Part shown: piece by piece, positions 24,371 to 33,512 of the stretch
Layout of the letters: the number at the start of each line of letters is the position of its first letter
Position numbering within the stretch: position 1 is the first letter of the stretch
Source: Planctomycetaceae bacterium
GTDB taxonomy: Bacteria > Planctomycetota > Planctomycetia > Pirellulales > Thermoguttaceae
NCBI GenBank assembly: GCA_009778035.1
Contig: WRKP01000003.1
Span: 26,132 to 90,131, forward strand
Length of the DNA: 64,000 nucleotides
Reading direction: 5' to 3'
Made by a program: the position numbers and the translations under genes
The notes under the pieces: model-generated
Told to the model about the DNA's origin: nothing
The model's database searches: none
What the model saw: only the letters and a program-made list of their open reading frames with translations

Positions 24371-26353
24371 TTATGCGGCCGGCGGCGGGAGTTCGGCAAC
24401 GAGCCGAATACTGACCGTCAACTCTTCCATCTGGAAATGCGGACGCAAAAATACGACTGCCTTGAATACGCCCGGCTTGCCCGGGACTTCGGCAACATCG
24501 ACGCGGGCTTCCCGGAGCGGAAACTTCGCTTTCACTTCCTGCGGAGCATCGTCGGAAAGAAGAACGTAATTGGATATCCAATTATTCAGATACGACGAAA
24601 CATTTTCTGCCGAAAGGAAACTGCCGACCTTATCCCGCATGATCGCTTTGATGTAGTGTGCAAACCGCGACGCATTGAGCAAATAGGGCAAAATGGCGGA
24701 AAGTCGGGCATTGGCATTGGCCGAATCCAGGTTATAAATCGGCGGTTTGTTCGTCGTTTGGCCTCCGAAAAAGACGGCGTAATCCGTTCCTTTGCAGTAC
24801 ACGAGGGGCAGGAAGCCCAGCGTCGAAAGTTCTTTTTCCCGTCTGTCCGTGATGGCAATTTCCGTGGGGCATTTGACGATGGTTTCGCCGTCATCGGTTC
24901 GGAATGCATGCACCGCCAAGCCGCGGACATCGCCGCCGCCTTCGAGACCGCGAATGGCAGCCGTCCAACGGTGTTTCGCGAAGGCTGCCGTGATTCGTTC
25001 GGCCAAGGCCCAACCGGCACTGCCCCAAAGGTATTTTTCGTGCAATTTGCCGTCAACGTCTTCCTGGAAATCGAATTCCTCAATCGGGCTGGTTGCCGGC
25101 CCGTAGGGCAAACGCATCAAAATATGCGGCAAACAGAACGTAACATAACGCGAATCATCGCTTTCCCGAAACGACCGCCATTTGATCAGTTCGGAACTCT
25201 CGAACAGTTTCGTCAAATCTCGGGGATTGGCAAGTTCCGTGAAACTTTCCATATCGAACATTTTCGGCGAGACGGGCAAAATGGCCGGTGCGTGCGCCGC
25301 GGCGGCGACTTCGGCAAGTTTCTCCAGCAATTTCATATCCTGCGGATGCCGACCAAACTCGAAATCGCAGAGCAAAGCACTGTACGGAGCACCACCGAAG
25401 GTCCCGTATTCCTCTTCGTACACTTTTTTGAACAGTTGGCTCTGGTCAAACTCGACCGCTTTCTCCAAATCGTCCTGGAGTTCTTTTCGGGAAACGTTAA
25501 ATACCCGTAATTTGAGCATTTCGCCGGTTTCCGTTTGCATCACGAGATAATGCAGGCCTCGCCATGCCGCTTCAAGACGCTGGAATTCGGGAGCGTGCAT
25601 GATTTCGTTTAATTGAGTCGAAAGCATCACGTCAATTTCCTTGATTCGCACCATAATCAAGGAAATGCAGTCCAGCGTCGCATTCGGGTCATCCGACAGT
25701 TTGACGTTCCCGGCAATCAGTTGCTCCGCCAACTCCGCAAGCATCTTTTTCGCGTAGGGGATTTGCGACGGGTCTTTAACCATTTTGGCGTCGGTCAAGA
25801 GCGATTCGACGAGACTGTCGGCTTCGATCGTTTCATCGGGTTCCGCATCCAACGCTCCCTTGGTTTCGGTCTGGAGTGCGGTCTGTTTGGCCGAATCTTG
25901 AAAAATGTCTTGAAACAGGGCATCAAGTTTGTCGTTTCCGTCAATTTTCGCCGTCAGGTCGATGAGGCGTTGCCTTGAATCGAACAGGCTGCTTAATTCG
26001 GGAACTTGCCGAACAACACGGATCGGCGTGAAGTCATCCATTGATTTGAAGGCCAACGAGACGGCCAACTTGCTGGCTTCGGCATCGGGCGTCAGTTTGC
26101 CGGCAACGGTCAATTCAAGATGCGGGCTGAAGGCCGACAGAACGTCGTTGAGGTTGTCCCTGTCGATGTTGACGAATTTGCGATCTTTCAGGGGCCCGAA
26201 GGGAGAGGCACGGTGCGAAGAGAAATCGCCGATAATTCCCAGCACGAAGGGGAGTTGTTTCATTACGATGGCGCCTCCGACTTCGACATCGTAGGTGATT
26301 TGTACTCGAGGGGGCCGAACTCGGCTCAACTTATGTTGGATGCTTTCTGGCAT
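24371..26353 (-). CDS. tssBC: Fused type VI secretion contractile sheath protein TssB-TssC (single 660-aa polypeptide)
   Basis: aa 1-~165 are TssB/VipA-like (MPESIQHKLSRVRPPRVQITYDVEVGGAIVMKQLPFVLGIIGDFS...DGNDKLDALFQDI). From aa ~167 the sequence is a full-length TssC/VipB (LNEIMHAPEFQRLEAAWRGLHYLV at aa ~250 ... FKAVVFLRPHFQMEELTVSIRLV). There is no stop codon or frame change between the parts. Confidence 0.9.
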   Translation of the reverse strand: MPESIQHKLSRVRPPRVQITYDVEVGGAIVMKQLPFVLGIIGDFSSHRASPFGPLKDRKFVNIDRDNLNDVLSAFSPHLELTVAGKLTPDAEASKLAVSLAFKSMDDFTPIRVVRQVPELSSLFDSRQRLIDLTAKIDGNDKLDALFQDIFQDSAKQTALQTETKGALDAEPDETIEADSLVESLLTDAKMVKDPSQIPYAKKMLAELAEQLIAGNVKLSDDPNATLDCISLIMVRIKEIDVMLSTQLNEIMHAPEFQRLEAAWRGLHYLVMQTETGEMLKLRVFNVSRKELQDDLEKAVEFDQSQLFKKVYEEEYGTFGGAPYSALLCDFEFGRHPQDMKLLEKLAEVAAAAHAPAILPVSPKMFDMESFTELANPRDLTKLFESSELIKWRSFRESDDSRYVTFCLPHILMRLPYGPATSPIEEFDFQEDVDGKLHEKYLWGSAGWALAERITAAFAKHRWTAAIRGLEGGGDVRGLAVHAFRTDDGETIVKCPTEIAITDRREKELSTLGFLPLVYCKGTDYAVFFGGQTTNKPPIYNLDSANANARLSAILPYLLNASRFAHYIKAIMRDKVGSFLSAENVSSYLNNWISNYVLLSDDAPQEVKAKFPLREARVDVAEVPGKPGVFKAVVFLRPHFQMEELTVSIRLVAELPPPAA

Positions 26354-26536
26354 TGTGGTTTAATTTCTTGTAGAAAAATTATGTTTGAATGTGAATAGAG
26401 TCTCCCCGGACGTCCAGAGTCCGCAAGCTCACAATGTATCTATCGTATGCTTCCGGCCAATCGGATTAACCTAAACATTACGTATTATACATTTTTTTTG
26501 GCAGGATCGCAAGAGCAAAATCTCGCAATTCCAGGC

Positions 26537-26672
26537 CAACTGCAAGTGTCAAACAGGCAGGTTGCTGAAGGTAGGTTGCCGACCGCCGGGCGGCAACTGC
26601 GGTACTCCGCACATTTGATCCTTCCAGTCGGCTGCGCCGACGCACCCGCCCGGCGGTCGGCTGCCTACCTTC
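26537..26672. repeat. Family C nested-palindrome element (inverted relative to the other two copies)
   Basis: CAACTGCAAGTGTCAAACAGG...AAGGTAGGTTGCCGACCGCCGGGCGG...CCTTCCAGTCGGCTGCGCCGACGCACCCGCCCGGCGGTCGGCTGCCTACCTT. Confidence 0.85.
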
Positions 26673-26858
26673 CCTCAAACGTCAAACGAGGCAGTATTAA
26701 CGCAAGAATATGACGGATGTGCCAAATATACCGTTTTGCGTTAATGCTCTTTTTGTACCGGCAATGATTATTCTAACAAGCGATGGCCGTTTGAGCCGAA
26801 TAAAATAGATATTAGTGTCGTGAGGGTTCCGAATCCGCAAAAAGGAAGCCGCCATCCT

Positions 26859-27347
26859 ATGTTACACCGTACCATCTCTCTTACCGTAATTGCTTCGATT
26901 GCCCTAACCCTGGCGTTTTCGGGCTGTGCGAGTATGACGGAAAGGACAGATAGGGTGCGCACGGTGTTCGTCAACGACGTAAAGATTCGTGTTTCGTTGC
27001 CGCCGGAAGGGAATGAACGGACGGGCATAGCGGTCGATTTTTTGACGGTACACAATGCGGAACTTGCCGCAAAATTGATGGAAACCGATGCGAAAACGTG
27101 GTTTTCGGCCAAAAATCAGTTCAAAAACGATTATACGGCAGGCAAGGATTTCGACATTGAGGAGCGTGAGTATGCACCGGGCAGTTTTGTGCGTCCGGTA
27201 GAGTTGCCGTGGCGGAGTCGCCGGACGGTATTGTTGATTTATGCGGATTACAGGAGTCCGGGTCCGCATCGATTTCGGGCGAATCAGCGGCAGGAATTGA
27301 TTCTCACGCTCGGCGAAAAGGAGTTCAGCGTCGTGCCGAAGAATTGA
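26859..27347 (+). CDS. Lipoprotein, TssJ-like (candidate T6SS outer-membrane lipoprotein)
   Basis: ATG at 26859 with AAGGAAG upstream. Lipobox LAFSGC. ~160 aa. The pattern IAVDFLTVHN..L......F....... and LLIYADYRSPGPHRFR resembles the TssJ pattern (VRVYQL..F..ADF ... GVVAAYRD...WR). Divergent from tssBC. Confidence 0.45.
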   Translation: MLHRTISLTVIASIALTLAFSGCASMTERTDRVRTVFVNDVKIRVSLPPEGNERTGIAVDFLTVHNAELAAKLMETDAKTWFSAKNQFKNDYTAGKDFDIEEREYAPGSFVRPVELPWRSRRTVLLIYADYRSPGPHRFRANQRQELILTLGEKEFSVVPKN

Positions 27348-27442
27348 CCGTTTACTGCCTGGGCTATCGAAAATGTGTTGTTTTTCGGTAGTGGTTGCAT
27401 ATTGCCGATGCCGAACAAGTCTAGCAAATGCAAAAAACCCTC

Positions 27443-27471
27443 TTGAAACAATATCCTGTTTTTGGTAAAAT
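27443..27471 (+). promoter_or_regulatory. Possible sigma-70-type promoter
   Basis: TTGAAA-N17-TAAAAT with a TGg extended -10, 42 nt upstream of the ATG at 27513. Confidence 0.35.
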
Positions 27472-27512
27472 GCAGTTGGCCCAGTCGTTGCCTCCCTTTT
27501 CCCTTCGTTTTC

Positions 27513-27827
27513 ATGCCAACCCTAAATGTAACCGTCGCTCACCAACTCTCGCAGGCCGAAGCCACGGAGCGGTTGAAGAAAAAGAGGACCGAAATAAAAG
27601 AGCAAAGTACCTATACCGTTACCGACCTCAAGGAAACCTGGACGACCCCAGATTCGCTGGATTTTTCCTTCAAGATATTGGGATTTTCCCTCACGGGAAC
27701 CGTCGAATCGCAGGAATCTTCCGTGAAAATATCCGTCGCCTTGCCCGCTGCGGCCTTAATGATGAAAGGGACAATCGAAAGCCAAGTCCGCCGGGAACTC
27801 GAGCAGGTTTTGGGCAATTCCGGTTAG
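27513..27827 (+). CDS. Small protein of the 'polyhydroxyalkanoic acid system/granule region' family (PHA_gran_rgn-like)
   Basis: MPTLNVTVAHQLSQAEATERLKKK...LDFSFKILGFSLTGTVESQESSVKISVALPAAALMMKGTIESQVRRELEQVL follows the pattern of that ~100-aa family. Confidence 0.55.
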   Translation: MPTLNVTVAHQLSQAEATERLKKKRTEIKEQSTYTVTDLKETWTTPDSLDFSFKILGFSLTGTVESQESSVKISVALPAAALMMKGTIESQVRRELEQVLGNSG

Positions 27828-27909
27828 CCCCGACCCGCTTGACATTTGCCCAGCAGTTTGGTAGCATGTCTTTTAGAAATGTTTTTAGCCGCTTTTTGAG
27901 GTTTTTGCT

Positions 27910-28269
27910 ATGACACGAGTTCTCGTTGCCGACGATTCCAGCACAATGCGTAAAATCATTTTGCGTTCCCTTCAGGCCGTCGGCGTCAAAGATGTTACAG
28001 AAGCCGCCGACGGAGCGGAAGCCGTCGCTTTATTCGCTCCAGGCAAGTTCGACCTAGTCCTGACCGACTGGAATATGCCCGGTAAAACAGGACTGGAAGT
28101 CCTTAAAGATATCCGGGCCCAAGATGCCAAAGTTCCCGTCATCATGGTAACGACGGAGGCCGAAAAATCGCGTATTTTGGAGGCCATCCAAGCCGGTGTA
28201 ACCGATTACCTTGTCAAACCTTTCCAACCCGACGCCCTGCGGGAAAAACTCGAAAAACACGGATGTTAG
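27910..28269 (+). CDS. Single-domain CheY-like response regulator
   Basis: VLVADDSSTMRKII...DLVLTDWNMPGKTGLEVLKDIR...PVIMVTTEA...DYLVKPF: DD, the phospho-acceptor D, T and K residues are all in place. 119 aa. Confidence 0.9.
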   Translation: MTRVLVADDSSTMRKIILRSLQAVGVKDVTEAADGAEAVALFAPGKFDLVLTDWNMPGKTGLEVLKDIRAQDAKVPVIMVTTEAEKSRILEAIQAGVTDYLVKPFQPDALREKLEKHGC

Positions 28270-28369
28270 GGGGGAAGGAATTAGGGATTGGGGAGTTTTC
28301 GTCTCCCGATTCCTAACTCCAGCCTCCAGAACTCCCTCCCACCACACACTTTACTAAAAGGAGTTTTCA

Positions 28370-29815
28370 ATGAAAATTAGACCGCAATCTTTCGTTTTTT
28401 GCTGGTTGTTTCTCTGTGCGATGACGTTCCTGTTTATCGGGTCTGCGTCGTTGTTTGCGCAGGAGGACGACCCAGCGACACCGCCGGCGACACCCGCAAC
28501 GCCGGCAGCGCCCGGGGTAGGGGCGGCTGGTGCCCTTACTCAGCCGACGCAGGGCGGTATTCGCATTGATGCCCGCGGCGTCGTTGCCCGTATTGCCAAC
28601 CAAGATTTCGGACGCCTCACCGCCCAACAACTCAATGCCGCCCGAACGGCCTACACGCTTTCCGATGACATTTCCGCCAAAAGTCCGATGCGCTGCATCA
28701 GTCTGAACCGAATGGAAAAAAGTATCATCGAATCCGGCGGAATCGTTACCGACGAGATGAAATATCTTGCCGGTATTCAACGCATTACGCACGTGTTTTA
28801 CTTTCCCGATTCCAAAGACATCGTCGTTGCGGGTCCTGCCGAAGGTTGGTTTCCGGGCTACGAAGGCGCGATGATCGGCATCGAGTCCTTGCAGCCGGTC
28901 TGCGAATTGCAGCATTTGATTACCGCCCTGCGAGCCTTTGGGCCGAATACGGAAGGGCCCGGCCTCGTAACCTGCTCCATCGACCCGACTGCGGAGGGCA
29001 ATGTGCGGCTGCAGCAGTTTTTATCCCGTTCCATCGGCTTGAATACCCGGCGGTTCGTCGAAGGAGTCAGCCGAAGCCTTGGAATGCAAGTTATTACGGT
29101 CGATGGGATTCCCGAAACGACGCATGCCGCCCAAATGATGGTCGCTGCCGATTACCGAATGAAACGCATCGCCCTCGGCCTCGATACATTGCGTGTTCCC
29201 GGCTTGCAGACGTTTATTGCGAATACCGCCCCAAATGCCCCGAATGCGCTGTTCCGTTGGTACTTCGTGCCGGATTATGATTCCGTGATTATGACGCCAG
29301 ACCGGACGGCCATGCAGTTAGTCGGCGACGCTGTTCGGCTGATTGGCGAGAATGAACTCGTCAGTGAGACGGGCGAGCGGAGTACGATGGGCGGCGAATT
29401 GGATCCCGGCAGCCGGGCATTTACCGAGAGTTTCACAGAGCATTATCCGCAAATTGCCCGACAGGCGTTGGTTTTTGCCCAACTGCGGAATTGGATTGAT
29501 ATGCTGATTTGTGCGGCTCATATCCATCAGGAAGATTTTTATGCTCGGTCTGGCTGGTCGATGGAGTTTTTCGGCTGCGAAGAGAAATTTCCGTTGGAGA
29601 CCTTCACAGCGGCTCGTGAGGTTGCTCCGGTCGTTGCGACGCGTTCGGTTGGCCGATTAACGGTCGCGCCGGTCGGCGGCGGAATTGAAATCCAAGCGGA
29701 ATTGGCCCTGTCCGATGAGCACGCGCAGCCGGACAGAGACGGCAACGTCGCGGAGCAGCGGAATCAAATTTCGCTGAATCTGCCCGAGGGCGTGTGGTGG
29801 TGGGACGTTAAGTAA
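28370..29815 (+). CDS. Secreted protein, DUF1598-like (planctomycete-type)
   Basis: Signal peptide, then a PATPPATPATPAAP linker, then GGIRIDARGVV...MRCISLNRMEKSI, which I recall as characteristic of DUF1598. No catalytic motif seen. Confidence 0.5.
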   Translation: MKIRPQSFVFCWLFLCAMTFLFIGSASLFAQEDDPATPPATPATPAAPGVGAAGALTQPTQGGIRIDARGVVARIANQDFGRLTAQQLNAARTAYTLSDDISAKSPMRCISLNRMEKSIIESGGIVTDEMKYLAGIQRITHVFYFPDSKDIVVAGPAEGWFPGYEGAMIGIESLQPVCELQHLITALRAFGPNTEGPGLVTCSIDPTAEGNVRLQQFLSRSIGLNTRRFVEGVSRSLGMQVITVDGIPETTHAAQMMVAADYRMKRIALGLDTLRVPGLQTFIANTAPNAPNALFRWYFVPDYDSVIMTPDRTAMQLVGDAVRLIGENELVSETGERSTMGGELDPGSRAFTESFTEHYPQIARQALVFAQLRNWIDMLICAAHIHQEDFYARSGWSMEFFGCEEKFPLETFTAAREVAPVVATRSVGRLTVAPVGGGIEIQAELALSDEHAQPDRDGNVAEQRNQISLNLPEGVWWWDVK

Positions 29816-29864
29816 GGGTTCGGGGCGACTTGTTCGCCAATGTGTCCCGTTTTTTGAATATGTT

Positions 29865-30977
29865 ATGCTGCACGTCATCATTCTCGCTGGCGGTTCAGGC
29901 ACGCGGCTCTGGCCGGCCAGCCGAATTAACAAACCGAAACATCTGCTCGCCTTCGAGGGACGGCAGACGCTTTTAGAAACAACGCTCCACCGAGCAGCCG
30001 GGCTCGCTCCGCCCGAGCAAACTTGGATCATTACCAGCCAAGCCCAGGCTAAATTGGTTGCGGATTCGCTTGCTCATTCCGAGATACGGCATTTCGCTCC
30101 CCAACACATTTGGGCAGAGCCCGTCGCCCGAAATACCGCCGCCAGCATCGGTTGGGCCGCCCTTAAACTTCGGCATATCGACCCCGATGCCGTGATGGTC
30201 GTTTTGCCCGCCGACCATATCATCAAACCGGCCGCAACTTTTTGCGAAACCGTACAATCTGCCGCCGAAATCGTTGAAAAATCGCCGGAAATGCTTGTTA
30301 CGCTCGGCATTAAACCGACGTTTCCCGCTTTGGTATACGGCTACATCAAACGGGGCGAGGCTCTCAAAGGGACAAATTCTGCGTATCATGTCCGCCAATT
30401 TTGCGAAAAGCCGATGGAGGAACTTGCAAAACAGTTTTACGAATCCGGCGAGTATTATTGGAATGCCGGCATTTTCGTTTGGAAAGCCGGCACGATTTTG
30501 GATTTAATCGAGCAATTCGAGCCGGAAATCGGGCAGAGTCTGCGTCAGATTGAACCCGCACTCGGAACCGCCGAGGAAAAATCCGAAACGGACTCGGCTT
30601 TCCAGAGTATGAAGTCGATTTCGATTGATTACGCCGTGATGGAACGAGCGGAAAATGTTGCCGTTTTGGAGGCATCTTTTGATTGGAACGATGTCGGAAC
30701 CTGGACGTCGCTTGATCGGCTCTATGCGGAGCAGAGCGATTCGCAGGGCAATTTGGCGATCGGCTCGGAATTGTTGGCAATCAATTCGACGGGCTGTACT
30801 GTCCGGTGTGATGATGCGAATCATTTGCTTGCGATCGTTGGTTTGGATGACATCGTCGTGATTCAAACGGCTGATGCGACGTTGATTGCCCGAAAGGAGC
30901 AGGAGGAATCCGTCCGCCGCATTGCCGAGGAGTTGCGAAAACGCAATGCCGACCGCGGCGATGCACGCTGGAGTTGA
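29865..30977 (+). CDS. Mannose-1-phosphate guanylyltransferase (nucleotidyltransferase domain only)
   Basis: HVIILAGGSGTRLWPASR...KPKHLL N-terminus, GYIKRGE, and WNAGIFVWKAGTILD. Confidence 0.85.
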   Translation: MLHVIILAGGSGTRLWPASRINKPKHLLAFEGRQTLLETTLHRAAGLAPPEQTWIITSQAQAKLVADSLAHSEIRHFAPQHIWAEPVARNTAASIGWAALKLRHIDPDAVMVVLPADHIIKPAATFCETVQSAAEIVEKSPEMLVTLGIKPTFPALVYGYIKRGEALKGTNSAYHVRQFCEKPMEELAKQFYESGEYYWNAGIFVWKAGTILDLIEQFEPEIGQSLRQIEPALGTAEEKSETDSAFQSMKSISIDYAVMERAENVAVLEASFDWNDVGTWTSLDRLYAEQSDSQGNLAIGSELLAINSTGCTVRCDDANHLLAIVGLDDIVVIQTADATLIARKEQEESVRRIAEELRKRNADRGDARWS

Positions 30978-31014
30978 TGTTGTTCGTGCCGTGCTCGATT
31001 TGTGCTCCAGCCCG

Positions 31015-31821
31015 TCATTTCGCTTCTGGGCGGCCCGGCCCGGAAATATACTCAACAAGCGCACTGCCCACCGGATTGCAGAGCAACGCCAAAATGATGC
31101 GATAACGCAGCGATGGAATGCACACGACCCGCGAACGACGCCGAATCGAATGCAATGACGTCCTGACAACATACTCCGAGGAAAGCCAAAGCCAAGGCGG
31201 CACATCGCCTTTCTGGAAAAACTTCATCGACTCCGTCGAATGAAAGCCCGTATGCGTAAAACCGGGACAAAGGGCCTGCACCCGAACGCCGTAGCGGCGT
31301 ACATCGCATTGCAGCGATTTGGAAAAACTCAAGGCATACGCCTTCGTCGCGACATAATCTGCCGTGCGATGGCCGTGTAAAAATGCCGCAACGGACGATA
31401 CGTTGATAATGTACCCCTTATTCCGTTTGCACATCGGAATCAGAGCAGCCCGGGAAAGCCGCATCAACGCGATTGCGTGCAGGCGGATCATGGATTCCTC
31501 CAAGTCGGTATTGACGTCGGGAAATGCGTCCCCGAGTCCGAAACCGGCATTGTTAACCAGGATTTCGAGCGATTCTTCCTTTTCGAGCCGTTCTTCAACG
31601 AGTTTTAGTTCGTCGGGCTTGGAAAGGTCGCAAACGACGGGCTCGACTTGGATACCGAATTTCGATTCCAAGTCGGCTTTGAGTTCCTGGAGCATCGCGG
31701 CACGTCGTGCGATGACGATGAGGTTGTATCCTTCGGCGGCGAGTTGCCGGGCGAACTCTTTGCCGAGTCCTTCACTGGCTCCTGTTACAGCGGCAAGCGG
31801 CGGTGTTGTCATGCTGGTCAT
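31015..31821 (-). CDS. SDR-family short-chain dehydrogenase/reductase
   Basis: AAVTGASEGLGKEFARQLAAEGYNLIVIARR (TGxxxGxG). NNAG. An S...YxxxK-type triad (SSVAAF...YVATKAY). Start taken at ATG 31821 (MTSMTT) rather than the upstream in-frame ATG. Confidence 0.85.
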   Translation of the reverse strand: MTSMTTPPLAAVTGASEGLGKEFARQLAAEGYNLIVIARRAAMLQELKADLESKFGIQVEPVVCDLSKPDELKLVEERLEKEESLEILVNNAGFGLGDAFPDVNTDLEESMIRLHAIALMRLSRAALIPMCKRNKGYIINVSSVAAFLHGHRTADYVATKAYALSFSKSLQCDVRRYGVRVQALCPGFTHTGFHSTESMKFFQKGDVPPWLWLSSEYVVRTSLHSIRRRSRVVCIPSLRYRIILALLCNPVGSALVEYISGPGRPEAK

Positions 31822-31961
31822 TATGACGCAAATCGCGGCAAGGTGCAAGGAGTCTGATTGAAAAATCGGCGGCTCGGGCAACGTTCGCATACTTGAATTG
31901 CAACGGCATTCGGGTTAGAATGGCCGCAACAAGAAAAACCTTTACACACACGCATCCAAAC

Positions 31962-33245
31962 ATGAAGCAAACGCTCACACTTGTACTCGCTCTCGCTTTT
32001 TTCGCGACAACAACACTCGCCCAAGCCGAACAATGGGCCGGATTCCGCGGCCCCAACGGACAAGGAATCTCCAAAGCGACCGGCCTGCCCACACAATGGT
32101 CAAGTACCGAAAATGTCGCCTGGAAAACTCCCATCCCCGGCGGAAATAGTTGGTCCTCGCCCGTCATCTGGGACAATCACATCTTCCTGACCACAACCAC
32201 CGATGAAGGAAAAGAATGCCGAGTCATCGCCATTGACCGAAGAAACGGCAACATCCTCTGGAATACGATGGTCTTCACGCAGGAAATACAGCAAAAACAT
32301 GGCCGAAATTCGGATGCCACACCGACGCCTGTTACCGACGGACAGCGAGTCTACGCCCTGTTTGCCAACGGCCATTTCGTTGCACTCGACTTTGACGGCA
32401 ACATCGTTTGGACAAATGACCACACCTACTACTCCAATCACGGACTCGGTGCTTCGCCGATGCTCTACGGCGATTTGCTGATTACCGCAATCAATCCGAG
32501 CGTTGATCCCCGAAATAATCCGAATGATGAAAATGTTCGCAATGGTTGGCAAGTGCCCTGGGACCGTTCCTATCTCTTGGCTCTCGACAAAAATACGGGC
32601 CGAGAGCGTTGGCGGGCGATGCGGGGAATGAGCCGAATCAGCCATTCGATGCCGGTCGTCATCCAAGTTGACGGCAAAGATCAAATTTTGAGTGCGACGG
32701 GCGACGTGATCCAGGGTTTTGTGCCGGAAACCGGCGAATTGGTTTGGTCGGTGCGAAGTTCTGGCGAGCCGGCTGTTCCCGTACCGGCAATCGGCAACGG
32801 AGTTGTCTTTATGTCTTCATCGCCGGGCAGTCCGATTATCGCCATTAAAACAGACGGCAAAGGCGATGTTACCGATTCGCATGTTGTTTGGTCGCAGAGT
32901 CAGAATTCTCCGATGACGGCATCGTTTTTGTACATCAGTCCGCATCTTTATACGGCACACGATAATGGAACTTTTGCGGCACACGATGCTGCAACGGGCG
33001 AAATTATCTGGCGGAGTCGCTTGGAGGGCAGGCCGGATGCGTCGCCGATTTACGCGGATGGCAAAATTTATGTTACGACGCATATTGGGACGACAACGGT
33101 ATTCCGATTGAATAATGATCCTGCCAATCCGGCGGAGGTCATTTCGGTCAACGAGACGGGCGAAACGATTCAGGCGGGCTTGGCCATTGCGGGCAATCAG
33201 ATTTTCATCCGCACGGACAAGGAACTCTGGTGCATCGGAAGGTAA
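31962..33245 (+). CDS. Secreted PQQ-like/BamB-like beta-propeller repeat protein
   Basis: Signal peptide MKQTLTLVLALAFFATTTLAQA. WAGFRGPNGQGIS...AWKTPIPGGNSWSSPVIWDNHIFLTT and repeated 'G..VW' blades. Confidence 0.75.
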   Translation: MKQTLTLVLALAFFATTTLAQAEQWAGFRGPNGQGISKATGLPTQWSSTENVAWKTPIPGGNSWSSPVIWDNHIFLTTTTDEGKECRVIAIDRRNGNILWNTMVFTQEIQQKHGRNSDATPTPVTDGQRVYALFANGHFVALDFDGNIVWTNDHTYYSNHGLGASPMLYGDLLITAINPSVDPRNNPNDENVRNGWQVPWDRSYLLALDKNTGRERWRAMRGMSRISHSMPVVIQVDGKDQILSATGDVIQGFVPETGELVWSVRSSGEPAVPVPAIGNGVVFMSSSPGSPIIAIKTDGKGDVTDSHVVWSQSQNSPMTASFLYISPHLYTAHDNGTFAAHDAATGEIIWRSRLEGRPDASPIYADGKIYVTTHIGTTTVFRLNNDPANPAEVISVNETGETIQAGLAIAGNQIFIRTDKELWCIGR

Positions 33246-33261
33246 TTGTTGCCCGCCGCGG

Positions 33262-33446
33262 TGGAAATGCAAGACTTCAAACAGGTAGAATGTCGAAACA
33301 GGTAGGATGCCGACCGCCGGGCGGCATCGTCGGCGCGAGCCGACTGGAGGCATGTTCGGCAACGGTGTGCGGCCAAGAATCGGCTACGCCGACGCACCCG
33401 CCCGGCGGTCGGCTGCCTACCTTTTCTGATGTGAAACTTGCAGTTG
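33262..33446. repeat. Family C nested-palindrome element (full copy)
   Basis: Outer arms AATGCAAGACTTCAAACAGG / GTGAAACTTGCAGTTGCC. Inner arms CAGGTAGGATGCCGACCGCCGGGCGG / CCGCCCGGCGGTCGGCTGCCTACCTT. Confidence 0.85.
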
Positions 33447-33512
33447 CCCCGCCGCACCCGTATTGACATTCGCAAATCTTACGGCTATAGTATGACTCGC
33501 AGGAGGCTCACT

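Noticed and set aside
24272-25510. 412-aa plus-strand ORF, and other long ORFs antisense to T6SS genes (for example 22323-22979)
   Set aside because: They overlap the TssBC and TssF coding frames, which have strong family signatures. The antisense translations have no motifs and an R/F/G-rich composition typical of shadow ORFs.
26499-26513. Sigma-54-like promoter TGGCAGGATCGCAAG between tssBC and the TssJ-like gene
   Set aside because: The GG is present, but the -12 GC is not at the required spacing (TGGCAC-N5-TTGC). No match on the tssBC (minus) strand either.
26354-27512. Second att-like direct repeat of the tRNA-Gln 3' end that would delimit a T6SS island
   Set aside because: I found no convincing match to GGTTCGAGTCCTAGCCGGGTAA by eye in the spacers flanking the far side of the module. 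This needs a computational search, so the island hypothesis stays unproven.
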